Virus record (IMG/VR): IMGVR_UViG_3300043447_000352
Coordinates: 1 to 40,813 of that record
From: a virus
Taxonomy: Duplodnaviria; Caudoviricetes
Strand: one strand, 5' to 3'
DNA: 40,813 bases
In this document: in pieces, positions 8,670-17,118 of the stretch
Layout of the letters: each line of letters begins with the position of its first letter
Position numbering within the stretch: the stretch's first letter is position 1
The notes under the pieces: model-generated
The model's database searches: none
Seen by the model: the letters and a program-made list of their open reading frames with translations, nothing else
Told to the model about the DNA's origin: nothing
Translations under genes and position numbers: made by a program

Positions 8670-9106
8670 TAGTTGGCCTTTCTTACGCGCTTTTCTAGCT
8701 TATACGGCGAGTAGTGGACGCCCTTAAGTTCTGGCTTCTTTCCGTCAGTATCGTTAAAGATGACATCGCCATAACGGATTGCAGCTACTGTACCGCGACG
8801 TCCATTGTGTAGTGGACCTAGCTTGTCAGTAAAAGCATCCGCTCTTACACGTACAATATCGCCAACCACGATCTGCCCCGGCTGGAGAGCAATCCACGTG
8901 TAGTCTTCTTCGTCTTCTTCTACCTTGAGTACAACTCCACGCGCAATAAGCGGGAACACCTTAAGAACTTCGTCCTTGATATTGTCGCTCAGCTCTGGGA
9001 TGGTCTCCCAGGCTTCGAGAAGCTTCATGATAGCCTTACCCGATCCGACTTTAACCTTGGCAGCCTGAAGCTGCTCAACAACCCATTCTCTATTAATTTC
9101 TGGCAT
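8669..9106 (-). CDS. Hypothetical protein with C-terminal SH3/KOW-like domain
   Basis: IVVGDIVRVR...GRRGTVAAIRYGDVIF; coupled on both sides. Confidence 0.7.
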   Translation of the reverse strand: MPEINREWVVEQLQAAKVKVGSGKAIMKLLEAWETIPELSDNIKDEVLKVFPLIARGVVLKVEEDEEDYTWIALQPGQIVVGDIVRVRADAFTDKLGPLHNGRRGTVAAIRYGDVIFNDTDGKKPELKGVHYSPYKLEKRVRKAN

Positions 9107-10116
9107 TATATCCTCTCTTGATTAGATTCTAGCAGGTCTTTTCGTAGCATAGTCACTACCTCACTGGTACTAGGTAGGGCATCCATATAGTCCCTAAACT
9201 GGTTACGAGCAAGCTCCTGCCTGTCATATTGATCCAAATCTTCTACTTGGTAGGCCAGCTGTGCCCAAGAATTCGCGAACCCAGCCGTGTCCTGCCAATA
9301 TGTGACAATTGGAACGTTTAAATTAAGACCCTGTATGTATCTATAACTCCACCATGTGCCGACCTTACGATCCTGGGGAGCCACCACTAATCCGATTGAC
9401 TTGGATATACTAAGGTCAACCTCTGGATCGCGAGGCTTCTTACTGTTTGATACCGGTACACCAGGAAGCCTGAGTGTCTTAGATAGGGAAGTCCACCAAG
9501 AACTTTTATAGTTATCTACTGACCATGAAGAATTCTTCGTAGCAGTTAAAACAGATTGTCTGTCTATTAAAAATTGATCAATGTGTACACCTATAGCCCT
9601 AGAAGCTGGAACAATACCAGTTGCTTCAGAAACTTGTTCAACTGTTCTCCATGGAAGCAACGGGACATACGTCTTAGGCCAAGGAATTGACTTTAACTTA
9701 TCAGCAAGACCGACTATTGACTCAGAGTACTTAGCCTTTGCAATAGAGTAGTCCTTCCTAGAGCTATACATTGCGCCAAAAATTTGAAGCGGATTCTTTA
9801 TAAAAGAGTTAAAGCTATTTTTAAACTGCCAAATCTGAGGACCATCTACTACAACTCTAAGTTTCGGAGACTCGTAAAGCAGATTCAATGTGTGCAGTGC
9901 GCCATATATTTTGTTAGCAGATAGCGCTGTCGGAGGTGTCAGTCCGACTACGACCAAATCATACGACTCTAGGTCGGATCTGGTCCAAGAAAGATTAGGC
10001 TCGCATATAGTTACTTCAGCAAACTCAGAGAACGCCTTCAGTAGCCCCCTAAAAAAGGTCATATTGCCTTTATCCGAGCAATGGGCGGATGCCATACCGG
10101 TCATTAAAATCTTCAT
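9106..10116 (-). CDS. GT-B fold glycosyltransferase-like protein resembling T4 DNA beta-glucosyltransferase
   Basis: MKILMTG start, DLESYDLVVVG, LRVVVDGP, SKSIGLVV...WWSYRYIQGL..VPIVT; 336 aa; RBS AAGGA. Confidence 0.55.
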   Translation of the reverse strand: MKILMTGMASAHCSDKGNMTFFRGLLKAFSEFAEVTICEPNLSWTRSDLESYDLVVVGLTPPTALSANKIYGALHTLNLLYESPKLRVVVDGPQIWQFKNSFNSFIKNPLQIFGAMYSSRKDYSIAKAKYSESIVGLADKLKSIPWPKTYVPLLPWRTVEQVSEATGIVPASRAIGVHIDQFLIDRQSVLTATKNSSWSVDNYKSSWWTSLSKTLRLPGVPVSNSKKPRDPEVDLSISKSIGLVVAPQDRKVGTWWSYRYIQGLNLNVPIVTYWQDTAGFANSWAQLAYQVEDLDQYDRQELARNQFRDYMDALPSTSEVVTMLRKDLLESNQERI

Positions 10117-10129
10117 TTTTATTCCTTAG

Positions 10130-10158
10130 AAAAAAGCGGGGTGGTTTCCCACCCCGCT
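10130..10158 (-). terminator. Intrinsic terminator after ssb
   Basis: AGCGGGGTGG-GAAA-CCACCCCGCT followed by TTTTT on the minus strand. Confidence 0.9.
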
Positions 10159-10169
10159 CAATTATTCTA

Positions 10170-10724
10170 CTAGAATGGAGCGTCCTCCGCGCCACCTACA
10201 GGTGAAGCTGGAGCTGGTGCCGGGGCCGGAGCCGGTGCTGGAGCTGGTGCTGGAGCAGCAGCTACTGGAGGAGCGCTAACCGCTGAGGCCGCAGCAGGTG
10301 CTGCAGCTCCTGTGGCTGGGTAGTAGCGCTTGATCTCGTTGCTCTGGTTACCGTTATAGGTACGGACTCCCAGTGTGCCGCGGAAACTGCGACCGAGTAG
10401 TGCCTGCTCAATCTGAGCCGGTGACGGGTTCTGCTCGAAGTAGCTGGTAGGGAGACCCATTGCGGTAGCCTTCATGAAGAACATGTTCATGGCCTTAGGG
10501 TTTTCCTGAGTCACAACAAGCTGGTCCCAGACGCGACGCTTGTCGTGTGCGCCACCCTGAACCTCGTTGGTGATCTTAAACATCAACTTGCCGGTAGATG
10601 TAGTTGTTGCCTGCGCTTCGATTACCTTTAGGTCGTAGTCGCCGTCTGGTAGTGGTGCGTAGTTGTTGCTAGTTGCTGCAGTGCCTGCCTGCTTTACTAG
10701 GTCTGCGAAATTGACAGTAGTCAT
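10170..10724 (-). CDS. DUF669-like single-stranded DNA-binding protein
   Basis: YAPLPDGDYDLKVIEA, OB-fold-like core, (PA)n linker, acidic EDAPF tail; next to Sak4. Confidence 0.8.
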   Translation of the reverse strand: MTTVNFADLVKQAGTAATSNNYAPLPDGDYDLKVIEAQATTTSTGKLMFKITNEVQGGAHDKRRVWDQLVVTQENPKAMNMFFMKATAMGLPTSYFEQNPSPAQIEQALLGRSFRGTLGVRTYNGNQSNEIKRYYPATGAAAPAAASAVSAPPVAAAPAPAPAPAPAPAPAPASPVGGAEDAPF

Positions 10725-10733
10725 TTATTTTCC

Positions 10734-11507
10734 TTAGTTAGTTTTCTTTGTTGTTGTTGTTGTTTCTGCCTTCTTCTCACCGAAGACGATATCCAGCATG
10801 CGTTCGACCCCAAGGTCTTGCTGCTCGACTACTTTACCTAGACGTCCCTGCACGCGCTCTCCAGCTTCATAGTCTGGAGTTCGCTCTACATACATGCGAC
10901 GCACCTTATATGGTGCCTGCATTGGGTCCGGGTTCGGCATAGTTTCTACCGTGATTGCGCCCAGGATGTCATAGAAGTACGGGGCCTGAATTGCTAGCTG
11001 ACCCTGTAGATAAGGACGGTAAACGCCGTCCTGACCCTTACGTGCCATAGCGGTCAGAACTACAGCCTCTAGTGCCTGTGTCGGGTGCATTGTTAGGTCA
11101 CGAAGGTCACGAAGTAGTGCACCCATGTGGCGAAGCAATTCGCCCCACTGCTGCATCTTCATCTGTTCGGTCCCTGCAATGTTGTCCATGCACTTGACCT
11201 GCAACTCAGAGATTGAGTCGATAATCAAGGACTTGAACTGGTGCTTACCTGACTGAAGCCACTGGAACGTCTTCATAACAACGTCGTACTCACGGACCTG
11301 GACAACAACAGTGTCCCAAGTTCCGTCAGCCAATGGTGGTTCCTCTGTCATCGGATCCCAATACTTAACGTTGATAGGTAGGAATCGGTGTCCACCCTCA
11401 ACGTCGAGCATTAGGCGTGGGTAAGGTGCTGTAACGGCAAAGGTTGATTTACCAACCTTCGATTCGCCATAAACCATAATTGTTAAACTGCGATCGACTT
11501 CCGACAT
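10734..11507 (-). CDS. Sak4-like AAA_24 ATPase / single-strand annealing protein
   Basis: YGESKVGKST, LDVEGG, IIDSISE, QQWG. Confidence 0.85.
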   Translation of the reverse strand: MSEVDRSLTIMVYGESKVGKSTFAVTAPYPRLMLDVEGGHRFLPINVKYWDPMTEEPPLADGTWDTVVVQVREYDVVMKTFQWLQSGKHQFKSLIIDSISELQVKCMDNIAGTEQMKMQQWGELLRHMGALLRDLRDLTMHPTQALEAVVLTAMARKGQDGVYRPYLQGQLAIQAPYFYDILGAITVETMPNPDPMQAPYKVRRMYVERTPDYEAGERVQGRLGKVVEQQDLGVERMLDIVFGEKKAETTTTTKKTN

Positions 11508-11509
11508 TC

Positions 11510-12442
11510 TTACTCACTTCCTTTCTCTTCTGTAATTCCGTAGTAACCGTATGGGTCGGATGACACAAACGCGTCGCTCAGAGCGGCCTCTGCTGCCGAG
11601 CCGTCGTCAAACAGCGGGCAGATAGCGAAGAATTGACACTTCCACTTGCAGTCTTTGCTTGGTTTAGGGTAGACGTGCTTAAAGTGACTCTCTCCGTCAT
11701 TCAACGCGTCACGGACGCGAAGCATGTCTTCGAGGGTGCCTTCTAATTGTTCTAGAAAGGCACGAAGTGCAAACCTATTGTGGCGAACCTCGATCTGGTC
11801 GTAGAACGGTGGCTTAGCATAAGCACCGCGCTTAACCTTACGAAGCATAGTAAAAATTGCTCCGTCAGTTCGAGTTCCGTCTTCCTTGTCCTGGACTTCG
11901 TCTAGGAGCATGTAAGTTTTGACCTGTTCATTCATGTGAGCCATAGCGCCGAAGTCAGCAAATGAGCCACCAACAGTCTTGAAGTCACGGATCATACGAG
12001 CGCCATCAATCTTGCGACGGACGCGCATGTCAATCTTTCCTTGGAGGATAACCTTGCCATCCATCATTGGGCGCTCAAGGATCTCTTCTGTGGAGATCAT
12101 TTCAAGCTCTGCGTCGATGCCCTCGTGCTCTACCCACTCAAGGTAGCCCTCAAGCATGATTCGACCCAAGTCAGCATCGGCCTCCAGTCCAGAGGTATCT
12201 CTGTACTCATCGTTTAGCTTCTTCATGTCTTCTTTGACTAGGTCAGCGTGAGCCTCTAGCAGGTCCTGACCGGTCGAGTAGTGCCTGTCCAGGGCCTCGT
12301 GGATCCTAGAACCTAGAGCTAGTGCTCCAGTGAATTCTGTGACCTTAGGACGCATTCTGCGGTAGTACGTAAGCCACCATCTGCGACGGCAGTCTTTAAA
12401 GGTTTGAATCTCTGAGTTAGAGATTCTGATTGGATCTGTCAT
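11510..12442 (-). CDS. Cas4/RecB-like PD-(D/E)xK exonuclease
   Basis: ISNSEIQTFKDCRRRW, GSRIHEAL, GKID, DFKT, C-terminal CKWKCQFFAIC (four Cys, Fe-S type). Confidence 0.88.
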   Translation of the reverse strand: MTDPIRISNSEIQTFKDCRRRWWLTYYRRMRPKVTEFTGALALGSRIHEALDRHYSTGQDLLEAHADLVKEDMKKLNDEYRDTSGLEADADLGRIMLEGYLEWVEHEGIDAELEMISTEEILERPMMDGKVILQGKIDMRVRRKIDGARMIRDFKTVGGSFADFGAMAHMNEQVKTYMLLDEVQDKEDGTRTDGAIFTMLRKVKRGAYAKPPFYDQIEVRHNRFALRAFLEQLEGTLEDMLRVRDALNDGESHFKHVYPKPSKDCKWKCQFFAICPLFDDGSAAEAALSDAFVSSDPYGYYGITEEKGSE

Positions 12443-14271
12443 TACAGTCCTTTCTTGTTGTCGTTCAGTAGCTTGAGGAGCTGCTCCTTGTCGCGTACTA
12501 CCTGCTGGAAGTTCTCTGACTTACCATCTAGTGCTTCAATTACTCGCTCTTCAATCGTTCCCTCGGTCACGTAGTCAGTAATGAGAATCGAATCGTGAAT
12601 CTCAGAGCCAATGCGGTGAACTCGGTCCAGGGCCTGCTTGTAATCTACAAGTGACCATGGTCTTTGAAGCATAACAAGTCGACGTGCAGTTGTCAAGGTA
12701 ACTCCAACACCACCAGCCTGAGCCGTGAAAAGAATCCACTTTGTGCGCCCAGCCTGGAAGTCGTCAATAGCTCTTTGACGCTCATCGCCACTCTGAGCGC
12801 CAGTGATAAGCCCATGAGCAATCTTTTCCTTGGTTAGACGAGCACTTAACAACTCGATGAGCTGGCGAGACACTGCGCATACTGCCACAGAGTCGTCACC
12901 GAAGTCTCCACTTTCAATATCATCCATCAGAGCATCTACCTTACAAGAAGGGTCTGACAAAATCATTTTCTCTTGTCCATCTACAAGTTCCATAGTTCCG
13001 TACGAGCTAGCAAACTGAAGTAGACGCATTGTCTGAGTTAGTGGGTTAGGTGCAACAACAATATCTGTCTCGCCCTGCTCGAAAGCTTCATGGAATCGCT
13101 CTTCGGGGGTGGTATTAAGTTCAGCAATCATGTTCTCAAGCATCTGCTTGTAGGCCTTAGCCTGCTTAGCACCCATCTCAACATCACGGCGGTCATTGAT
13201 TACTTCTGGTAGCCACGGGAGCACCTTCTGCTTCAACATACGACGCATGCGAGGATGGATTCCAGCAAAGAACTCAGACTCCATAGCAGGCTTTAGGCCT
13301 AAGATCATCAGGCCACCGAAAGCATTCATCATGGTATTGACGTAGCGATCTAGCCATTTCGTCTTGCTTGGCCACTCTTTTGCGTCTAGCCAGTGAAGAA
13401 TCGGCCACAGGTCAACTACAGTATTTGCAATTGGAGTACCTGTAAGCGCAAATCTGATGTCAGCATTGCCAGAGGCTGCCCAAAAAGCACGAGTCTGCTT
13501 AGACTTAGGATCCTTTGATCGGTGGATCTCATCTGCTACAACTGACTTGAAGTCAATCGTGTTTAGCTCACGCTGGTGTACTTCACAGCGAGATGCCGTG
13601 ATCTTAGAGTCGTGGCCACCACATTCGGTGCACCTAGCTAACGCAATAGAGCCGTAAGAGAGAAGTTTTGAGTGCGTGCGTAGCGACTCCCAGTTGATCA
13701 CGTAGACCTGGGCCTCGTGGTCAAAAGCTTTCCTGCGCTGAGTTGCAGAACCTTTAATCACCTGAACATCGATACCAGGCCACCAGCGGTCAAACTCTCG
13801 CTCCCAGTTGGTCTTTAGAGTGTTAGGGCAGATAATCAGGGCTGGAAAAACCTGCTCTCCGCGGTCCTGGAGGCGCTTTAGAGCCCTAATAGCCTGAGCA
13901 GTCTTGCCTAGACCTGGTTCATCCGCTAGCAACGCCCTACGGGCTGTAGAGAGGAACTCAACGCCAGCACGCTGGTGCGGGAACAAGTCCGCGTCACCAT
14001 CATCCATAGTCTCCACTTCTCTCAGGAAGTTGGATGGGTCAATTCTCGTGGACTTCTCGTTCTTAGCCCATTCCGCCAGCTTAGGCCCGATCTCTAGCTG
14101 TTGCCCAAACGTAGAGCGAAGTGAAAGACACCCAGTCCATGAGACAGGGATACGCCAAACATTCTTATCCGAATCCCACTTGGATCCAGGAAGAGCACGG
14201 CAAACTTCTTTCAACCGCCATTCGGCGTTGATGATGATGTGCTCACCCTCAAGTTCTACAAAAACGCCCAA
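12442..14271 (-). CDS. SNF2-family (SF2) DNA helicase
   Basis: LADEPGLGKT, DEIH, LTGTPIAN, AGGVGVTLT, QALDRVHRIG; TTG start with GGAG. Confidence 0.93.
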   Translation of the reverse strand: MGVFVELEGEHIIINAEWRLKEVCRALPGSKWDSDKNVWRIPVSWTGCLSLRSTFGQQLEIGPKLAEWAKNEKSTRIDPSNFLREVETMDDGDADLFPHQRAGVEFLSTARRALLADEPGLGKTAQAIRALKRLQDRGEQVFPALIICPNTLKTNWEREFDRWWPGIDVQVIKGSATQRRKAFDHEAQVYVINWESLRTHSKLLSYGSIALARCTECGGHDSKITASRCEVHQRELNTIDFKSVVADEIHRSKDPKSKQTRAFWAASGNADIRFALTGTPIANTVVDLWPILHWLDAKEWPSKTKWLDRYVNTMMNAFGGLMILGLKPAMESEFFAGIHPRMRRMLKQKVLPWLPEVINDRRDVEMGAKQAKAYKQMLENMIAELNTTPEERFHEAFEQGETDIVVAPNPLTQTMRLLQFASSYGTMELVDGQEKMILSDPSCKVDALMDDIESGDFGDDSVAVCAVSRQLIELLSARLTKEKIAHGLITGAQSGDERQRAIDDFQAGRTKWILFTAQAGGVGVTLTTARRLVMLQRPWSLVDYKQALDRVHRIGSEIHDSILITDYVTEGTIEERVIEALDGKSENFQQVVRDKEQLLKLLNDNKKGL

Positions 14272-14299
14272 TTAGGGTCTCCAATCTGTTGCTATATCT

Positions 14300-14344
14300 A
14301 TATTATCAGAAAAAACTACCAGTGCAAGTGTTTTTTGATAATAT
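14300..14344 (-). promoter_or_regulatory. Promoter for the helicase-recombination operon within an imperfect inverted repeat
   Basis: TTGCAC-16 bp-TAATAT with extended TG; arms atattatcagaaaaaac / gttttttgataatat. Confidence 0.6.
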
Positions 14345-14345
14345 T

Positions 14346-14813
14346 TTAATCTTTTAGCAATCCTACAGGTTTCCAGCCTGAATTCACTGCCCGCAGTAGG
14401 GCGTGTCGGATTGCATCCAGTGCGTGGCCAGCGCCACCACGGTGCCAGTAGCCCAGTTTCTTGAGCTTCTCATTGGTAAACATTGCCATCGCATTTGCTG
14501 GAGACTGGAAATATATGTCATCTCCAGATTTACCGATATCGAACAAGCACTGCTTTAAAATGCCAATAACTTCTAGCGAGTACGGAGCCTGAGAGTTGCG
14601 CACAGTCTGAGCATTGATAACAAAACGCTCGCATGCAATATCTATGTTCTCTTTGATAGTTGGATCCCATATCACTTCTCGAACAATCTTTGCAACTTCA
14701 TGCTGCTCTAGTTCCCAAGAATTCTCTAAAACCGGATCTGATCCCGGCTCGATTCTAAGTAGTGCAACTCCAGTTATTTTACCTGGGTCCAAGGACAATA
14801 CATATTTAGACAT
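14346..14813 (-). CDS. RuvC-like Holliday junction resolvase
   Basis: VLSLDPGKITG, IACERF, HALDAIRH. Confidence 0.8.
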   Translation of the reverse strand: MSKYVLSLDPGKITGVALLRIEPGSDPVLENSWELEQHEVAKIVREVIWDPTIKENIDIACERFVINAQTVRNSQAPYSLEVIGILKQCLFDIGKSGDDIYFQSPANAMAMFTNEKLKKLGYWHRGGAGHALDAIRHALLRAVNSGWKPVGLLKD

Positions 14814-16626
14814 ACTTGGCTCCCCAGTTTTCTAGTGGTCCATCAACATCAGCAGTTAGCGGGACTGACCAGTTGTCTGTGGTTGTCATACACTTCCTAA
14901 CAAGTTGTTTAATCTCTTCCGCATCTTCTCTAGGTGCGTTAAGTACGATCTCATCATGAACTGGAACGATTAGCAAGTCAGTCAAGTCCGCTTGATCAAG
15001 TTTTACCAGGTTTGACTTAAATACTTCAGCCGCGCCGCCCTGAATCAGGTAGTTTACAAGAGTGTAGACGCGGTCCTCGTCACAAGGGATCCTACGTCCA
15101 GTCCATGTGTGCACATACCCTTGCCCTTCGGCTTCCAGTCTGGTAGAGCCAGTCTGTTCGACGTATTTCTGGAAACGTTGCATGCCAGGATAACGCTCAT
15201 CGAATGCGTTTGATACGGCACGCATCTGTTCTTCGGGTACTCCTGCAGTAAGTGCCTGCTTAGATACTCCTGCACCATACAGACGACCATAAACTACACC
15301 CTTGATCAGGTTTCGTCTCTTGTCAGACTTAACCATTGATTGATCCTGGTAGACCTCTCGACCGATCTCGGTGAACGGGTCAGACCCAGTAGCATCAGAG
15401 CGTAGAAATAGCTGGATAAGGTTTGGGTCCTGCGATAGCGAAGCGAACATACGGAACTCGACCTGGTCAAGGTCAGAGGTAATAATTACGTGGTCATCAT
15501 CCTTAGGGAGGAATGCACGACGAACAGTGTCGTCACCCTTTGGGAGAGTTTGAAGGGCAGGGTTCTGAATTGACATGCGGCCGGTGCGGGCACCCATTGT
15601 GTTGATAGATGGGTGCACGAAGCCGTCAGTGTTGTCGTTGATAAAGTTAGCGAAGTAGGTGTTTGCTAGCTTCAGAGCTTGACGATACTTAAGAGTGGTG
15701 TCTGCGAGCTGCTTAGCCTCCGCACTGCCATCACGTGAGATTAGCTTTAACTGATCCTTGGATGCAGACTTTTGACCCTTGTCAGTTAGCTCGGTAATCT
15801 CCACATTGAGCGCCTCGAACTGACGAACTAGTTGCTGGTTACTTCCAATAGATAGACCGTAGTTGCCCTTAGCCCACTGAGCCACCTGGTCAGTGTAGTC
15901 AATGAGCTCTTGATACTTCTTTTTAGAGTAGTCAAGGTCTAGTCGTGCCCCGTTGAGCTCCATCTTGGTTGTTATTCTACGAGTATTCATCTCCAGCTCG
16001 TAGGGGATGCTGTATGGCTTGCCCGGACCAGTCTTATCCCAGAAGCGCTCAAATAAGCGCATGGTCAAGACGGTGTCTAGCGCACCATAGGACCAATAAG
16101 GCTCGTAGTTAATCGGCACTGTGCCCCAGGTCCAGCCGTTGTCGGATAGCCCGTAATCCAGAATCGACTGCAAGGCCGCCGCTGTCGGGTCTACGTACTG
16201 TTCTGTAAGTTTTTTAAGAGCACCGGTCCCAAGCGGGTCGATAATCTTTGCCATAATCATCGTGTCATGCGCACGGTGCCATGGAATCGACCAGTCTGAC
16301 TGAATCTCAAACCACTTAGCTTCGAAAGCAATATTGTGACAAACTAGCGGACCATCGAATTTATCCATGGCACTGTAAAAGACGCCCTTCCAGTGATCCC
16401 AAGGAATTGACCAACCAGTCTGACCGTCACCGACCTGAACCAACCTCAGTTGGCCGTGCCAAGGCGATAGCGCATCTTTTCTAGGGTTGCCTGGAAGTTC
16501 TCCAGTTTCGGTGTCGATAGCAATAGCATTTAGCGGACGTCTTTCGCCCAACCATGACATAAATTCTGCGGCCTTAGCCACACTATCGACTAGGTGGAGC
16601 TGAACTCCTTCTAGTCCTGTTGTCAT
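14806..16626 (-). CDS. polA: Family A DNA polymerase (3'-5' exonuclease + polymerase)
   Basis: ExoI DTET, ExoII HNIAFE, ExoIII YGALD; RTGRMS..PALQ; motif A SDLDQVEFR, motif B RNLIKGVVYGRLYG, motif C VHDE. Confidence 0.96.
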   Translation of the reverse strand: MTTGLEGVQLHLVDSVAKAAEFMSWLGERRPLNAIAIDTETGELPGNPRKDALSPWHGQLRLVQVGDGQTGWSIPWDHWKGVFYSAMDKFDGPLVCHNIAFEAKWFEIQSDWSIPWHRAHDTMIMAKIIDPLGTGALKKLTEQYVDPTAAALQSILDYGLSDNGWTWGTVPINYEPYWSYGALDTVLTMRLFERFWDKTGPGKPYSIPYELEMNTRRITTKMELNGARLDLDYSKKKYQELIDYTDQVAQWAKGNYGLSIGSNQQLVRQFEALNVEITELTDKGQKSASKDQLKLISRDGSAEAKQLADTTLKYRQALKLANTYFANFINDNTDGFVHPSINTMGARTGRMSIQNPALQTLPKGDDTVRRAFLPKDDDHVIITSDLDQVEFRMFASLSQDPNLIQLFLRSDATGSDPFTEIGREVYQDQSMVKSDKRRNLIKGVVYGRLYGAGVSKQALTAGVPEEQMRAVSNAFDERYPGMQRFQKYVEQTGSTRLEAEGQGYVHTWTGRRIPCDEDRVYTLVNYLIQGGAAEVFKSNLVKLDQADLTDLLIVPVHDEIVLNAPREDAEEIKQLVRKCMTTTDNWSVPLTADVDGPLENWGAKYV

Positions 16627-16644
16627 TTTGTCTTTCTGTTCGTG

Positions 16645-17118
16645 TTAAGGGATTATCTCCACATTGTACACGTCTGCTAATGCAGAGTCAACTTTAGACG
16701 CTTGAGCCACTAATCTTTGCGCTACCGAGGTCAGGTAGAAGTTGTCTGAAACTTCATCGTATTTATATAGAGAGTCTAATATGGAAGATGGATCTGTAGT
16801 AACAGTAGCCCAAAATCTGTACTTTTCAGGGAAAACTAAATCAAGGCTGTGATCAGGGGCGCACTCAATGCATGGCGACGCTTTTTGGTTGAGCTCGGAA
16901 GCAGGGGCTTCTGATAACTTGTACTTTTTAACCATCGGGCATGCGGCACCATGAAAAATTAGAGATACGCCAATCCTGGAAAGTACGTAAGAGCCGCTTT
17001 CGGTCTTGTACAGCTCGAACTCAATCCATCGATACGCATCACGTCTCTCGGAAGTTGACTTAGCTAATAGGGTTCCTTCGAATTGCAGAGTCCTATCTCC
17101 GTCTTTTACCTTATACAC
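16645..17118 (-). CDS. Hypothetical protein (possible metal-binding Cys/His)
   Basis: 157-aa ORF, GTG start coupled to the tail fibre stop; RWIEFELYKT, HGAAC, CIEC. Confidence 0.75.
   Translation of the reverse strand: MYKVKDGDRTLQFEGTLLAKSTSERRDAYRWIEFELYKTESGSYVLSRIGVSLIFHGAACPMVKKYKLSEAPASELNQKASPCIECAPDHSLDLVFPEKYRFWATVTTDPSSILDSLYKYDEVSDNFYLTSVAQRLVAQASKVDSALADVYNVEIIP
16663..16691 (-). promoter_or_regulatory. Near-consensus sigma70/SigA promoter inside the upstream gene, driving polA
   Basis: TTGACT-CTGCATTAGCAGACGTG (17 bp)-TACAAT, 36 nt before the polA ATG. Confidence 0.7.

Noticed and set aside
10200-10320. Tandem GCTCCA/GCACCA-like repeats
   Set aside because: They encode the Pro-Ala linker of SSB and are not an independent repeat element.
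11510-12442. Cas4 as part of a CRISPR system
   Set aside because: No array or other cas genes; it sits in the standard exonuclease-Sak4-SSB recombination module.
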